A stretch of DNA of 63,912 bases, filler included, from Dimorphilus gyrociliatus (Eukaryota; Animalia; Annelida), in the NCBI GenBank assembly GCA_904063045.1. It is 7 parts of 7 records of this genome, joined end to end, with 100 filler letters (N's around TTAATTAATTAA, not from the genome) between each part and the next. Parts side by side here need not be neighbours in the genome. Positions count along the whole stretch, not along the records: positions 34,103 to 40,691 come from CAJFCJ010000313.1; positions 40,792 to 46,494 come from CAJFCJ010000325.1; positions 46,595 to 54,989 come from CAJFCJ010000205.1; 4 more parts are not named here. One strand, written 5' to 3'. The notes under the pieces are model-generated. The model worked only from the letters and a program-made list of their open reading frames with translations. It had not been told where the DNA came from and searched no databases. Below are positions 39,678-52,300 of this stretch, piece by piece (the first letter of the stretch is position 1; each line of letters starts with the position of its first letter). Both the position numbers and the translations under genes were made by a program.

Positions 39678-40691
39678 TCAGATATAGACTATACACCCAG
39701 ATTTCCTCAGTTTAGATATTAATCCAAAATCTTTACCATATAATTTTATATTATCTCTTAGATATAATTTCTTAAGCTTTGTAAGTGTTTTTAAGGGCTC
39801 AAGAAGGCCGCTTGATAAATTACAATTAGATAAATTTATTTCTTGGAGATTTACCATTCCAGATATTCCTTTGAAATCTTTGTTATTTAAATTTTTGTTA
39901 GATCTTAGATATAATTTCTTAAGTTTTGTAAGTGTTTCTAAGGGCTCAAGAAGGCCGCTTGATAAATTACAATTAGATAAATTTAGTTCTTGGAGATTTA
40001 CCATTTTAGATATTTCTTTAAAATCTTCGCTATTTAAACTCCTATTATATCTTAGGTCTATCTTTTTAAGGTTTGTAAGTGTTTTTAAGGGCTCAAGAAG
40101 GCCACTTGATATATTACAATTGGATAAATTTAATTCTTGGAGATCTACCATTTTAGATATGCTTTTAAATCTTTGTCATTTAAACTCCTATTATAACTTA
40201 GATATAATTTCTTGAGCTTTGTAAGTCTTTTTAAGGACCCAAGAAGGCCGCTTGATAAATTACAATAAAGTAAATCTAGTTCTTGAAGATTTACCATTTT
40301 AGATATTCCTTTTAAATCTTTGTCATTTAAACTCCTATTATATCTTAGATATAATTTCTTGAGTTTTGTAAGTGTTTCTAAGGGCTTAAAAAGACCGCTT
40401 GATAAATTACAATTGGATAAATTTAATTCTTGGAGATCTACCATTTTAGATATGCTTTTAAAGTCATTGTTATTTAAGTTCCTACTATATCTTAGATCTA
40501 TCTTCTTGCGGTTTGTAAGTCTTTTTAAGGACCCAAGAAGGCCGCTTGATAAATTACAATCGTGTAGTCTTAGTTCTTGAATTCTTAAACCTTCATATAT
40601 TCCTTTAAAATCTTTGTCATTTAAACTTTTATTATAACTTAGATCTATCTTCTTAAGGTTTGTAAGTGTTTCTAAGGGCTCAAGAAGGCGC
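39678..40691 (-). CDS. LRR protein built from ~7 tandem 147-bp (49-aa) units; 5' end lost at contig edge; one -1 indel near 40150-40170
   Basis: The AAGAAGGCC motif or a variant recurs at 39801, 39948, 40095, 40241, 40388, 40535 and 40682. Unit is MVDLQELNLSNCNISSGLLEPLKTLTNLKKIDLRYNRSLNSEDFKEISK. Confidence 0.85.
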
Positions 40692-40791
40692 NNNNNNNNN
40701 NNNNNNNNNNNNNNNNNNNNNNNNNNNNNNNNNNNTTAATTAATTAANNNNNNNNNNNNNNNNNNNNNNNNNNNNNNNNNNNNNNNNNNNN
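40692..40791. other. Artificial contig spacer
   Basis: N44-TTAATTAATTAA-N44. Confidence 0.97.
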
Positions 40792-41109
40792 AAATCAAAT
40801 GTTTTTTTAAAATATAGAAAAAAGGAGAACGGATCTGATAAAAATGCCTTTTGCCCCTTTTTTATATTAATAATGATTGGTTATACTTTTGAATCTACTG
40901 AATACAGTTCTAAGAAATACTTCTAATCATACAATAATTTTCTATAACAATAGATTTTATATTTATATATTAAAGTAGAAGATGTGAAATATATGTGTGA
41001 CCGGTTTATAATACCGTTTTATTTCAAAATTTTTTCAATAAATTAATAAGTAACAATTATCTGATTACCCTAGAAAAGCATATTTATAAAAATTTATAAT
41101 CCCTTTTTT

Positions 41110-43275
41110 ATGAATATCTTAAAATCTACACTTCTATTCTTATTAAACATATGTTTAATTTACACTACACTTATAGAAAAAAAGTTAAAACAAAACAGTG
41201 TTAATCACTTAGATAGAATATTCCAACTAGACACTCTCGAATACTTAAACATATCAGATTGCAATTTTATAAAAATAGACTAATAAATATCAATAAGCTA
41301 GAAAATCTATACATATTAATAATCAAAGAAATAAGTGGTTTGACTCGAGAAGAACTTCAGTCAATTTTTGACGTAAAAACTTAGAATGTCTTGACTTAAG
41401 TAGTAGTACTATAAAACCAGTCCATTTAAAAAATATTAACAGAGCAGGGTCGCTAAGAAAGCTAATCCTATACTATACTGATCTCAGCGATAGCCAATTC
41501 TTATCTGATTTATTTAAATTAAAATGCTTAACAGAATTAAAAATGGAAATTTGTTATTTGAGTACAAATTCATTGACTAATATAAGTATATTGGAGAATT
41601 TGGAGATATTAAATGTAGGTGGAAATGAAAACCTCGGAAAAAAGACTTTGAAGGTATTGCTAACTTAAAAAATTTAGTTGAGTTAAATATTTCCGATTGT
41701 AATGCCCAAATACAATTAATTTTTCACGAATGCAAAAATTAAAAATACTAGATCTTAGTGATAATAATTTTACAAAAGATGATTTTGATATCATAAGTAA
41801 ATTATCAAACCTAGAAAGATTATTTTTAAAGTTCTGTAATCTCGAAACAAATTCACTAGATAGTCTAAAAAATACAAAAAGTCTTAAAAGCATTAAATTG
41901 CTTTTAATGAATAGTAATTTTGAACAACAAATTTTCAAAAAGATATACGAATTGTATAATCTCGAAGAAATCAATTTTTATTATACAACAATGAAGAAAT
42001 AAGCATACTAAAAAATTTTAATAACCTAAAAAAATTGATAATACATTTAGATGAACCTTTACAAAATATGTTCTCTAGAAGATGTATTTTTTTGCACTAC
42101 TATAGAAGAATTAACAATTAATTACCTCAAATAAACAATGATACGTTATATGGAATTGAAAACTTATCAATTCTTAGAAAATTAAGTTTAGTAGATTGTA
42201 ATGTTGACTCATACGGTCTTAACCAAGTCTGGAATTTATCTAATTTAAAAGAAATTTTTATTAGAGGTTGTAACTTTTCTAATAGTTCTCTTGATGGTAT
42301 TAGTTCATTAAATAAACTACAAAACCTAAATATCCATAATTGTTCAGGAATAGATCAAATGGCTACCAATCCATCTTTTCTATACAAAATTTAGAAGTAC
42401 TCTTTTTATATAAATGTGAGATACCAAAAGATTCTATAAGAACTTTAAATAAGCTCACAAAGCTTCAACTACATGATATTAAAGGATTAACAAATCAAGA
42501 TTTCAAATATATCACCAATTGTCCAAAACTTTTATATTTAAGTTTATCTCATATAAATTATACCAAAAACATGTTAACCGATCTTTACAAACTTACTAGT
42601 CTTAATATTTTATCTTTAATGTTTGTGAAAAACTTGTCTTCTGATGATATACTGTCTATATTCAAGCTAAAAAACCTTAAAGTCTAGAATTACTTTGTTG
42701 TAATCTGAAAAGCGGTTCTGTAGAAAACGTTCACAAATTGATTTGTTTAAGAGATTTACAATTGGAATGTGGTATTTCACTGAAAAAGAGATGTTGAAGG
42801 AATATCTAGCTCACTTATTTGAATGAATTAAAAAATAAGTGCATGTCAATTTGAGGATGGATTAACGCGAAAACCTAAAAAAACTAAAAAGATTACATAC
42901 TTTGAATTTGAGTGAGACTTCATCTTTGACTAAACAAGATATCACTTACATATCGGAAATCCCAAATATAAAAGATTTAAACTTAATGAGGCTTAATGCA
43001 ACAGGAGATTCATTTATAAGTCTTAAAAAAATTGTATTTCTCAAAGAGTTATGCTTAACCAGAAATCAAAACTTAAGTGATGAAGATTTAAAATCCATTT
43101 TTGAACTAAAAAGGTTGAATTCTCTAACTCTAGCAGGTTGTAATCTTAATGATCATACAAAAATAACTTTGAATAAGCTAAAAATTTAAAAAGCGTATAT
43201 CTTTGTGGAAATCAGTTATCAAAGGAAGATTTAAAGAAAGATTTAGAAAATAAGAATTTGTTTATTGGAATTTAG
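41110..43275 (+). pseudogene. Intronless signal-peptide LRR gene with many frameshifts (pseudogene or low-quality consensus)
   Basis: CCCTTTTTT|ATG, then MNILKSTLLFLLNICLIYT. LRRs continue across frames (LEYLNISDCN, LEILNVGGNENL, LKILDLSDNNF, LKELCLTRNQNLSDEDL) and end NLFIGI* at 43275. Confidence 0.75.
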
Positions 43276-43332
43276 TCTATCAATATTTACTATTATGTAA
43301 AAACAATGTTTATACAGGGATTGGGATGTTCT

Positions 43333-43787
43333 CTTATTAAATTGGTTTTACATTTAAGTCTGTTTTTATAAGACATCATTAAGAATCTGTTTTTATAAAA
43401 CAATGTATTAGGTTTCATTACTTATTAAATTGGTTTTACATTTAAGTCTGTTTTTATAAGACATCATTAAGAATCTGTTTTTATAAAACACATGTATTAG
43501 GTTTCATTACTTATTAAATTGGTTTTTAATTTAAGTTGTTTTTATAAGACATCATTAAGAATCTGTTTTTATAAAACACATGTATTAGGTTTCATTATTA
43601 TTAAATTGGTTTTACATTTAAGTCTGTTTTTATAAGACATCATTAAGAATCTGTTTTTATAAACACATGTATTAGGTTTCATTACTTATTAAATTGGTTT
43701 TACATTTAAGTCTGTTTTATAAGACATCATTAAGAATCTGTTTTTATAACACATATTAGTTTATTATAACACATGTATTAGGTTTCA
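43333..43787. repeat. Tandem minisatellite, ~5 copies of 87-89 bp
   Basis: (C)TTATTAAATTGGTTTT at 43333, 43421, 43510, ~43598 and 43685. Confidence 0.9.
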
Positions 43788-45064
43788 AATTTCTATCTAA
43801 TAGTAAAGTTAAATTGTAATGTTAATTATATGTCATTAAAAGATTTTCAAACTTTTTAAAAACTGTTATGACGTAAATTTCGAATACAATGGTTCAGTTT
43901 AAAATATAATGTTTTAATTATAAACCATTGCTTAAATGAAGTTGTGATAAAAACTCGACAAGCTCTAAAATTTTAACATAGTAGTGTTATACAGTTTGTA
44001 ATAAAAAAGGACATCTCTGCAAAAGGTTATTTTAAAGGTAACATTATTAATTATGTCATAAAATCCGTCTATTTAGGGAATTACAGCTGTTTATTGTTTT
44101 TGATTAAAATGGATTTTCTATTAATATAGTTTAAAATTATATCTATCAAGTAATTAATACCTTTACAAAAAAATAAGTTATAATTTATTTTTTTATGAAA
44201 AAGACAAGTTCTCTATTACTATTTCTTATATCAGCTACATTCATATGAGTAGTAAACTCTCTGTTCTCACCTTTCTATTAAAACAGGTCTACATATTATT
44301 TAACAGGTTTTGAAGCCATGGCTGGTATTCCAAATCTATAGTGAGATACTGTTTTGACGAAAATGGACTTTTTTTATTCATTAGTGCCTCATTAGTATCA
44401 TATTTATTATAATATTTATTTAGTCTGATTTCTACAACAGCAAAAGGTACTTTTCAGTAATAATTTCAAGCATAACATGTAATTCTCAAGAAACTATCTT
44501 TTTTATTAGAAAAATGTATTTGGTACTTATTAAATGATAGTTAATTACATCTTATAGCAAATAATTTTTTGTTTATTTTTACAGTTTGTAAAAAAATGAT
44601 ACTTTGGTATAGACCTCAGTAATACTGTATTTTTAAAACACCTTGTTCTCTTAAAATAAATATAACATCATTGATTGATTCTATAACGTCAATATATTGT
44701 AAATTCTAAATATTCATAAAGACTAAAATTTGAAAAGTTGCACATTAAGATTAATATTACTTTAGAAATGATATAGATTTAATGTGAATATAATAAATAA
44801 AATGATGGTGAATACTATTGACTTATTTTATATTAAAGATTAAATGCTATAATTATTTATCGATTTCTATACTTGTCTTTTATATTAAAATTAAGCAAGC
44901 CTCAACTATATCTCGTTCATTTTTTATTCTTCTAAGTAAAACTTACTGTTACTTTTTTCCCTCGTAAAAAAGTGCTCAGAAATTACGTCTCTGTAATTTA
45001 AACTAGAGATTATTAAATTTTAAAATACAATTTTTTTAAGTATCATATGCTGATCCCCAGAATC

Positions 45065-45177
45065 AAAGCAGTATAAAATCAATTAGCAATATATTGTTAA
45101 TAAATTCACCATTAAAGATATAAAGCAGTATAAAATCAATTAGCAATATATTGTTAATAAACTCACCATTAAAGATA
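45065..45177. repeat. 57-bp tandem duplication
   Basis: AAAGCAGTATAAAATCAATTAGCAATATATTGTTAATAAA(T/C)TCACCATTAAAGATA at 45065 and 45122. Confidence 0.9.
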
Positions 45178-46494
45178 AAATTATTTAATCAGACAAAAAA
45201 AATAAACTATCAGGGCGAATTTATTATTATAAATATTAAATTTTAATAGAAGCCGGTCGGTTTTAGAGATTAAAAAGTAAATATTCTTTTAAAAAATATA
45301 TTTTGATGACTCATTAAATATCACACAGACTACCTAAAACACCCAATTTACTTAATACAATTATTAAAGAAAAAGGACCAAAAATGATTATAGTGCTGAT
45401 TTATTTAGTTATTTCTCGGAAGTAGAAACGGATTTAAAAGATTAAAAGAAAGAGTACTAACTGTTCCTATTAAATTAGTCTCATTGGTAATACAAAAGCC
45501 AATACGTTTTAAAAATATATGTAATATGCGTATTTAAATAACGCACGATAATTAAAGATTTGAATTTGATTTATTCTTAACAGAAGCTTTTTTTATTTAT
45601 CGGCAATTGCACATACTAATAATCACATAAAGTCTTGCAATAATATCAAAATACTATTTATAAATAAGAGGAATCCAAAGTTTATTAAACGTTCTAGATA
45701 AAATTAGATAGTCTCGATAAAAAAGGGGTTTTTAGAAGAATTGGAAAGAATTAATATTCAAGTCATCATTTACTCAAGTGACATATCATTCAAGTCATCA
45801 TTTATTCAAGTGATCATACATTTGGAGCAATGTATTCAAGATTTTAAAATGTCTCTTTTGAAAAAAATAAAGATTCAATAATTACGCAAACTATTATCAA
45901 AAGAAAGAATCGGCTGATATTGAAAATCGCCTTAATTCAATAAATATAATGAAATTGGATATATTGAATCTTTTTTTATAGAAGATTGTAATTTATAGTG
46001 TTAATGATAATAGCATATATAAGAAAGGTCCTGATGAAACAAAAAATTCTGATTTTTTAAAAAATGATCAGAGAATAAACTTAAACCATTAATTTATAGT
46101 CTAAAATAAGAGAATTCTAGTCTAAAAAAACTTAAATCAATTTTTGGGAACTGCAAAAAGAGAAAAAAGGGGGAATTGTAAAATATTTTTAAAAAGGAGA
46201 AAATTCACTATTAACTAAATTCGTATATCTTCTTTTTTTACATGTTTACTTGCAAAGAATAAGAGTAAACAAATTGTTATTATCTAACATTTTAAAAAGA
46301 AAGTATAAACTATTATAGTCTTCTAAATAAATGTACATTTAAAATTTTTTAGGCACGTGTTTTCCATAAAGAATTTTGTTTTTTTTGGTATACTCTTTTT
46401 GGAAGATACTAAATGTGTTTTTTTATTTCATTAACTTTTCTTGCTATATTCTTTTTTATTGGAAAGTATCTCCTTTTACGTCACATTTTTTATA

Positions 46495-46594
46495 NNNNNN
46501 NNNNNNNNNNNNNNNNNNNNNNNNNNNNNNNNNNNNNNTTAATTAATTAANNNNNNNNNNNNNNNNNNNNNNNNNNNNNNNNNNNNNNNNNNNN
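46495..46594. other. Artificial contig spacer
   Basis: N44-TTAATTAATTAA-N44. Confidence 0.97.
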
Positions 46595-46599
46595 TTCAT

Positions 46600-46713
46600 G
46601 TGCATTCACTACTCAGATTTAGATGTACAAGTGGTCAATGCATTGGTAAAGGAGAAAAGTTCAATGGTGAAAGGAATTGCTTGGATTTATTAGATGAAAT
46701 ATGTCTCAATGGT
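46600..46713 (+). pseudogene. Isolated degenerate LDLa exon
   Basis: FRCTSGQCIGKGEKFNGERNCLDLLDEIC followed by a GTAAAT donor; one conserved Cys is replaced by Phe. Confidence 0.45.
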
Positions 46714-46914
46714 AAATGACCAGTTTTATTTGGATACAACAGAAAACCTCCCCAAATGCATGGTTTAACCCTAACCCTAACCTAGCCCTTGTCTCTCCTT
46801 AATCTTTTTGATTGCCCCTAACCCTTAGATGGAAGCCCCCTAACTACAAATCAAAAGCTACTTTACTCCTCCTAACCATTTTTCAATCCGAAATGTTGCT
46901 TTCAAAAATCTCAC

Positions 46915-48643
46915 AGGTGTTCCAGGTGTTGAAGATGTGTGTAATGCATACCTACTGACGCAGTCAGAGCAAGCTGATACTTGATTAACTGGAGAGGATG
47001 CTAAGTTACAATTTTTACAGTTGGAGGTTGCACTACCAGGACCAGTGTTACAAGCAACACATTCTGATTTATCTGCTTTCATAACAAAATTGGCATCACA
47101 TGTTTTACACTCGCATGCATCTGCATTCAGTTGTACCTCTGAACATCCTGTTTTTCCAGCTGTTGTACAAGCAATACAATCATCACCAGCACTGTTTAAT
47201 AATCTTGAAGCACCGCAATCACATGTGCATGATGTTGCTCCAGCAGCAACTATTTTTGTTCCTCCAGTACAAGTTTTTGAGCAAGCCACACATGATAATC
47301 CATCTTCAGCCAAAACATTTGCACCTGAACAGGCTGTACATGCTACTACATAGGCTCCATTTTTGAGTTTTAAAGTGAGAAGAACAATTGGGAATTTTAT
47401 CATTTTCTGTGCATCCTGGTAATGTAGGATGTTTATGATATACTTGTCCTGCTGTATCAGTAGTACATCTTCCACACATACACGTACCTCCTGAAGATAC
47501 AGCAAAAGCACAATTATTGAATTCAGCAGCAGTACATGCTACACAATCATATTTTGTTGGAGAAAAATCTAGAACAAATCCGGTAGTGCAACCCACACAT
47601 CGACCATCAGGTCCTGTAGCAGATGAAAATGGTCCTATTGAAATATATCCTTTGCAATTGCCTGACGCTTTTAGCTGCAGCAGCAACTGCACATGAAGTA
47701 ACTGATCTTCCTTCTCCCAGTGAGTAATTCTCTTTGCAGTTAGGTATTGATGCACATGTACCATCTGATAACAGTACTATATTATTAGCACATCTTACAC
47801 AATCGAGGGTAGATCCTGTGGGATTGTTATATTGCTGTAAACAATCAGGTATTTGAGTAGCAGAGGGAGGTGAACCAGTAACACAATCTCCGAGTATTCT
47901 ATTTGTATTTGGAATCTCTGTACCAACTGCAAATGTATCTCTGCATCTAATACATGCACAAGATGAAGCAGATGCTGGGCTACCAACTGATGCCCAGTTG
48001 GTATTACAATTGGGAATTGTAGCAGAACATGTAGCTACTGGCATTTGACAGTCAATACCAATTTTAGTTGGATCTGTACAAGCAGTACATATAATTGTTG
48101 CTGCACCACTTACAGTTTCACAATCAGTACAGCCAGCAGGGCATGGTGTACAAGAACCAGAAGCAACCAAATATCCTTTGGTGCATACTGCACATCTTGC
48201 ATGTTCTGGTGACCCAACTGCAATACTTGAAAATAATTTGCAGCCAGTAGGAATTGCTAAAAAAACATGGGAAACATACAGTTTAGAAAAGTTGTTTTCA
48301 TTAAAGTAATTATATATGTATGCATGTATCCACTCCATTTTTCTGAATAAAGTCCTGTTGACACTCAACAACTACAGCTGAACCAATGCTACCAGAACAC
48401 CAGAGAGCATTTGGAATTTCTTCAGCACAAGCTGTAAATTGTATTGAATGAATATATTTTGGATATCTATCTGTTAAATTATTTAAAAGCATTACCTTTA
48501 CAGGCTTGAATTCCAGAACTACCTTGTAGAAAAGAGTGTTTGCCAGAAATACTTACATCACCAATGCACTCATTTGCTTTGCATCTACAAGTACTTCCAG
48601 AAAGTTCTAAGAGTTTGCATTGAGGTGATGCAGGAGTACAATC
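46915..48643 (-). CDS. Multi-exon cysteine-rich (CXXC/furin-like repeat) extracellular protein, partial and frameshifted
   Basis: Repeated CxCxxC/CxxC units (CTPCPAGCTDCETV, CACIRCRD, CECKTCDANF). Exon 48643-48497 (DCTPASPQC...QACK) is bounded by AG and GT; donor GTGAGA near 46915. Confidence 0.7.
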
Positions 48644-48705
48644 TATAGAATATTTTTATTTGTTTTAGTATTTTTTTCTATAAAATATTCATTTTGTATA
48701 AGTAC

Positions 48706-49334
48706 TGTACAACTTTGGTTATATTTTACATGCTTGAACTCTATTATTTTATGCAACATATACATCTTAAAACCTACGCAAGAAAATACTATAACATTGG
48801 CCAAACATAAGTCTGATTAGTCAGCTTGGAGGCTCATCTTTAATTACCAATAAAGGTTTGGCCAAGTTATAATTTAATTAACTTGCCTAGGGTGTGGCCA
48901 AGTTATAATTCAATTAACCTTCCTAAATGTTCAACCTTGTAACATCCTGTTACTAAAGATAAATATGAACTACACATTTCGGCAACTGTAAAGTGAGGAT
49001 TGGATGTCAGAGACAAACCTCAAAGTATATAAATCCTCATTATTCTCATTTGGCATGCAGCTTCCATCTGGACCCAAGGACCTGGGAAAATCATCTGGAA
49101 ACAACCTCCACTGGAACCATCCATCTACTCCTCAACACTGGAAGACAGTTTGGTAATTTGGCAACCTGCTTTTACGAACTATCTACTCTGCTATCGAACT
49201 CTCATATTGCTACTTGCTTAAGTATTATTATTACGAATAAACCGTTTTAATTTAAACATTTGTTTAAAGGTTCGAGTAGAACCAGTATTGTTATAACTTG
49301 CAAACGCATAGATTTTGCCAGCAAGAGCAGTACA
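48706..49334 (+). mobile_element. Complete 629-bp 5' LTR of Ty3/Gypsy copy E
   Basis: TGTAC...GTACA termini; 36-bp internal duplication (48860/48896); TATATAAA at 49026; AATAAA at 49236; immediately followed by a PBS. Confidence 0.92.
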
Positions 49335-49338
49335 AATT

Positions 49339-49356
49339 TGGCGCAGTCGACAGGAT
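49339..49356 (+). promoter_or_regulatory. Primer-binding site complementary to a tRNA-Ser-type 3' end
   Basis: TGGCGCAGTCGACAGGAT, 4 nt after the LTR end; its reverse complement ATCCTGTCGACTGCGCCA ends in CCA. Confidence 0.8.
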
Positions 49357-49394
49357 CTTCTTTTGGTTTATTCAAAAGTTTTGAGAAAGTAAAT

Positions 49395-52300
49395 ATGGCA
49401 GAAGGAGAAAATGGAAATGCCACTGGGGCAGTTACAGACTCTAACCCTTCAACCCCAGCAACTCCAACAATTACAATTCAGCCAGCAGGAATGTCAGAAA
49501 GGCAACAAAGACTAATTGAAGACTATGATAGATTGGTGAGTGAAATGAAAAGAAATCGAATCACAATTCCAACAGATCATGGAGATGGAACACATCACCC
49601 AGCACAGAACCCAAATGTTGATATCACAACAGTAATTCAAGCATTAAGGGCTGCTTGGGACCGCCCTCAAAGAACTATTCTCAAGTTGTATGATGGAAGC
49701 AAGGAGTGTTCAAAATTCAAAGAAGACTTTAATCAGGCATGTTATGCTTATGGTTGGATAGGAGAAGATGTTGTGAAAGCAAATCTTTTAGATTATTTAA
49801 CTGGTCCTGCAAAGGATTTGGTGTTGGCTCTGGATGGAGAGCCTACTGTGGAGGAAATATGGAAAGCCCTCCATGACGAATTTGATCTGGATCCTTTGGA
49901 GTATCAAGAGAAATTGCTTAACTTAAAGCAAATGAATGGCGAAAGTGTGGTTCAGTTTGTTAATAGAGCAAAGAAATTGATAAAGAGGTTTTCTCCACCT
50001 AGACCAATGGAACCACAATTGCTTGCAACTATGAAAGAAATAAAACTGATGGAAGTTTTACAAAGAGGATTACAACAGGATATTCTACATTTAGTGTACA
50101 CCTTACATCCTAAATGTCAAACATTGGCAGAACTATATGAGGCTGCTAAGCAAGCAGAAACTTCATTAAAACTAACACAAAGAAAGCAGATCACAATGGT
50201 GTCAAAATTGGAAACTCAACAAAGAAAAGAGACCAAAAAGACCCAGGTAATCAGAAAAGATGCTTCTACAGAAACCCCAAATTTTTGGAATAGAAAGCAT
50301 GTACCTGACAACAAAAATGCTACTAAAGAAAAGTTTTCAAGCCAAAAAGTACAAAAGTATGCACCAACTACAACAAACAGGTATTATAAGAAAAATCAAC
50401 CAGCAAAGATGATACTGAAAGAGGAACCTAAGCTACAAAAATTAGAAACATTAGACAATGAAAGCATGTCAGAAAATGACGAAGTTCAAGATATTCTCTG
50501 TTTTTCAGATAGTGACGAATCCACTTGTCAGCTGTTACAAAGCAAACAATCTGAGCGAAATGCTTCAACATTTACTGGACAATTTGAAACTAATACTGGT
50601 TTTAAGTTTGATGCCTTGATAGACTCTGGTAGTGACAGATCTTTCATTTCAAAAAAGGTATTAAGACAAGTTCAAGGAAAAGCATCCTTCCCAGAACAAA
50701 CTGTGAAAAATGCTAGAGATGCTTCAGGAAATAGCATCGAGATATGTGGAGAAATCATTCTCAGACTTTATTTTAATGGAAAGATTATTAAACAACACTT
50801 TCTGATCAACAAAATCATTACACAACAATGTATTATTGGGTGTGACTTTCTACAACAAAATGGAGCTACCCTTGACTTTGGCAAGAGACAGATTATACTC
50901 CAGCCAGGTACAGAAAAGAATTACCCTGTTGGAACACAACACTTATCTTTCAAAGGATTTTACCCAGTTCCTCTTATTATGAAAAAGAATGAGAGTCAAA
51001 TACATACCCTTCAGACAACAATTGAACAAGAAAATCCCGAGATGAAGGACAAAGTTACCCAAATTCTGGCGAAATATAAAGAAACTATTGCAGAAGACAG
51101 ATTTGATATTGGCAATCCAGAGGTACCACCCTTGGAAATAACTCTTGAATCAGGTTCAACACCATATACACAAAGGCCATATAGAATGCCTCCTCAAAAA
51201 CAAGAAGAATGTAAGCAACAGATAGCTGAATTGGTAAAAAGCAAAGTTATTCAACCAAGCAAGAGCAATTGGGCTTCACCAATTGTTTTCGTAAGAAAGA
51301 AGGAAGGTAGTCTACGAATGTGTGTAGATTATAGAAAACTAAACAAAATGACAGTTAAAAACAAGTATCCACTGCCAAATCAAGATGATCTTTTTGACCA
51401 TTTGGGAGGAGGAAATAAATTCTTTTCTACAATGGATTTGACAAGTGCATACCACCACATTAACATCAAGAAAGAAGATAGGTCTAAAACAGCATTTATT
51501 ACACCTTTTGGCTTGTTTGAATTTATTAAGATGCCTTTTGGATTAACGAATGCCCCTCCTCATTTTAGTTATGTAATGAATTCATTTGTGCTAAAGGATG
51601 TAAAGCATTTGTGCCTAAACTACCTTGATGACATAATAATATTTACCAAGTCGCTGGACCAACATTGGGAAGCATTGGAGACCATCCTTCAACAGATTCA
51701 AAAGTACAATTTTAAGATTAAACTAAGTAAATGTGTGTTTTTGAAAGAACAAGTTCAATTCTTGGGACACATTGTATCAGAAAAGGGGATTGAAACAGAT
51801 AAGTCCAAGACAGATAAATTATATAATTTACAGCCACCAGTGTTTTGCAAATTCACTACTAAGCTTTGTTGCGTTTTGTGGCTATTACAGAAAATTTATA
51901 CAAGATTTTGCAAGAGTAGCTAAACCTCTGTATATGTTAATGAAACTACATGGGAAAAAGGATAAATTGCAATGGACTGAGGAAGCCAAGCAATCATTTT
52001 TCAAGTTGAGAGATGCAGTAGTTAACCCTCCTGTATTACAACTACCTGATTTTGCTAAAGATTTTCACTTAACAACAGATGCATCGAATGTAGCTGTAGG
52101 AGGAGTTCTTGAACAAGTTATGTAGATGAGAATGGGAAGAAAACAATGAAACCCATTGCCTATGCTTCAAAACAATTCAACAATAATCAAATGAAATATG
52201 CAGCCTATCAAAAGGAAGCATTTGGTGTTTACTGGGTTGTAAAGAAATTTTTACATTACCTTCAAGACAAGCCATTCTTTTTATATACTGACCATCAGAG

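Noticed and set aside
39871-40580. Plus-strand ORFs opposite the LRR array (similarly 515-787, 57844-58182, 47021-47366)
   Set aside because: Antisense shadows of repetitive coding sequence with no independent features.
43333-43787. CRISPR array (also considered for the 147-bp and 182-bp arrays)
   Set aside because: Units are contiguous without unique spacers, no cas genes are present, and the context is eukaryotic.
43800-46494. Additional genes in the AT-rich end of contig D
   Set aside because: Only short, stop-ridden coding-like fragments (~44250-44400, ~45400-46100) that I could not assign.
46765-46835. Telomere
   Set aside because: Only 2-3 TAACCC-like units, internal to a contig and probably intronic; similar short tracts occur at ~9845 and ~33550.
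49339-49356. tRNA gene
   Set aside because: Only an 18-nt complement of a tRNA 3' end (PBS); no cloverleaf.
48993-49394. ORFs 48993-49250 and 11672-11929, and the long gag N-terminal extensions starting at 49260 and 11939
   Set aside because: They lie inside the LTR/PBS leader and use non-ATG starts; the likely gag start is the ATG at 49395/12074.
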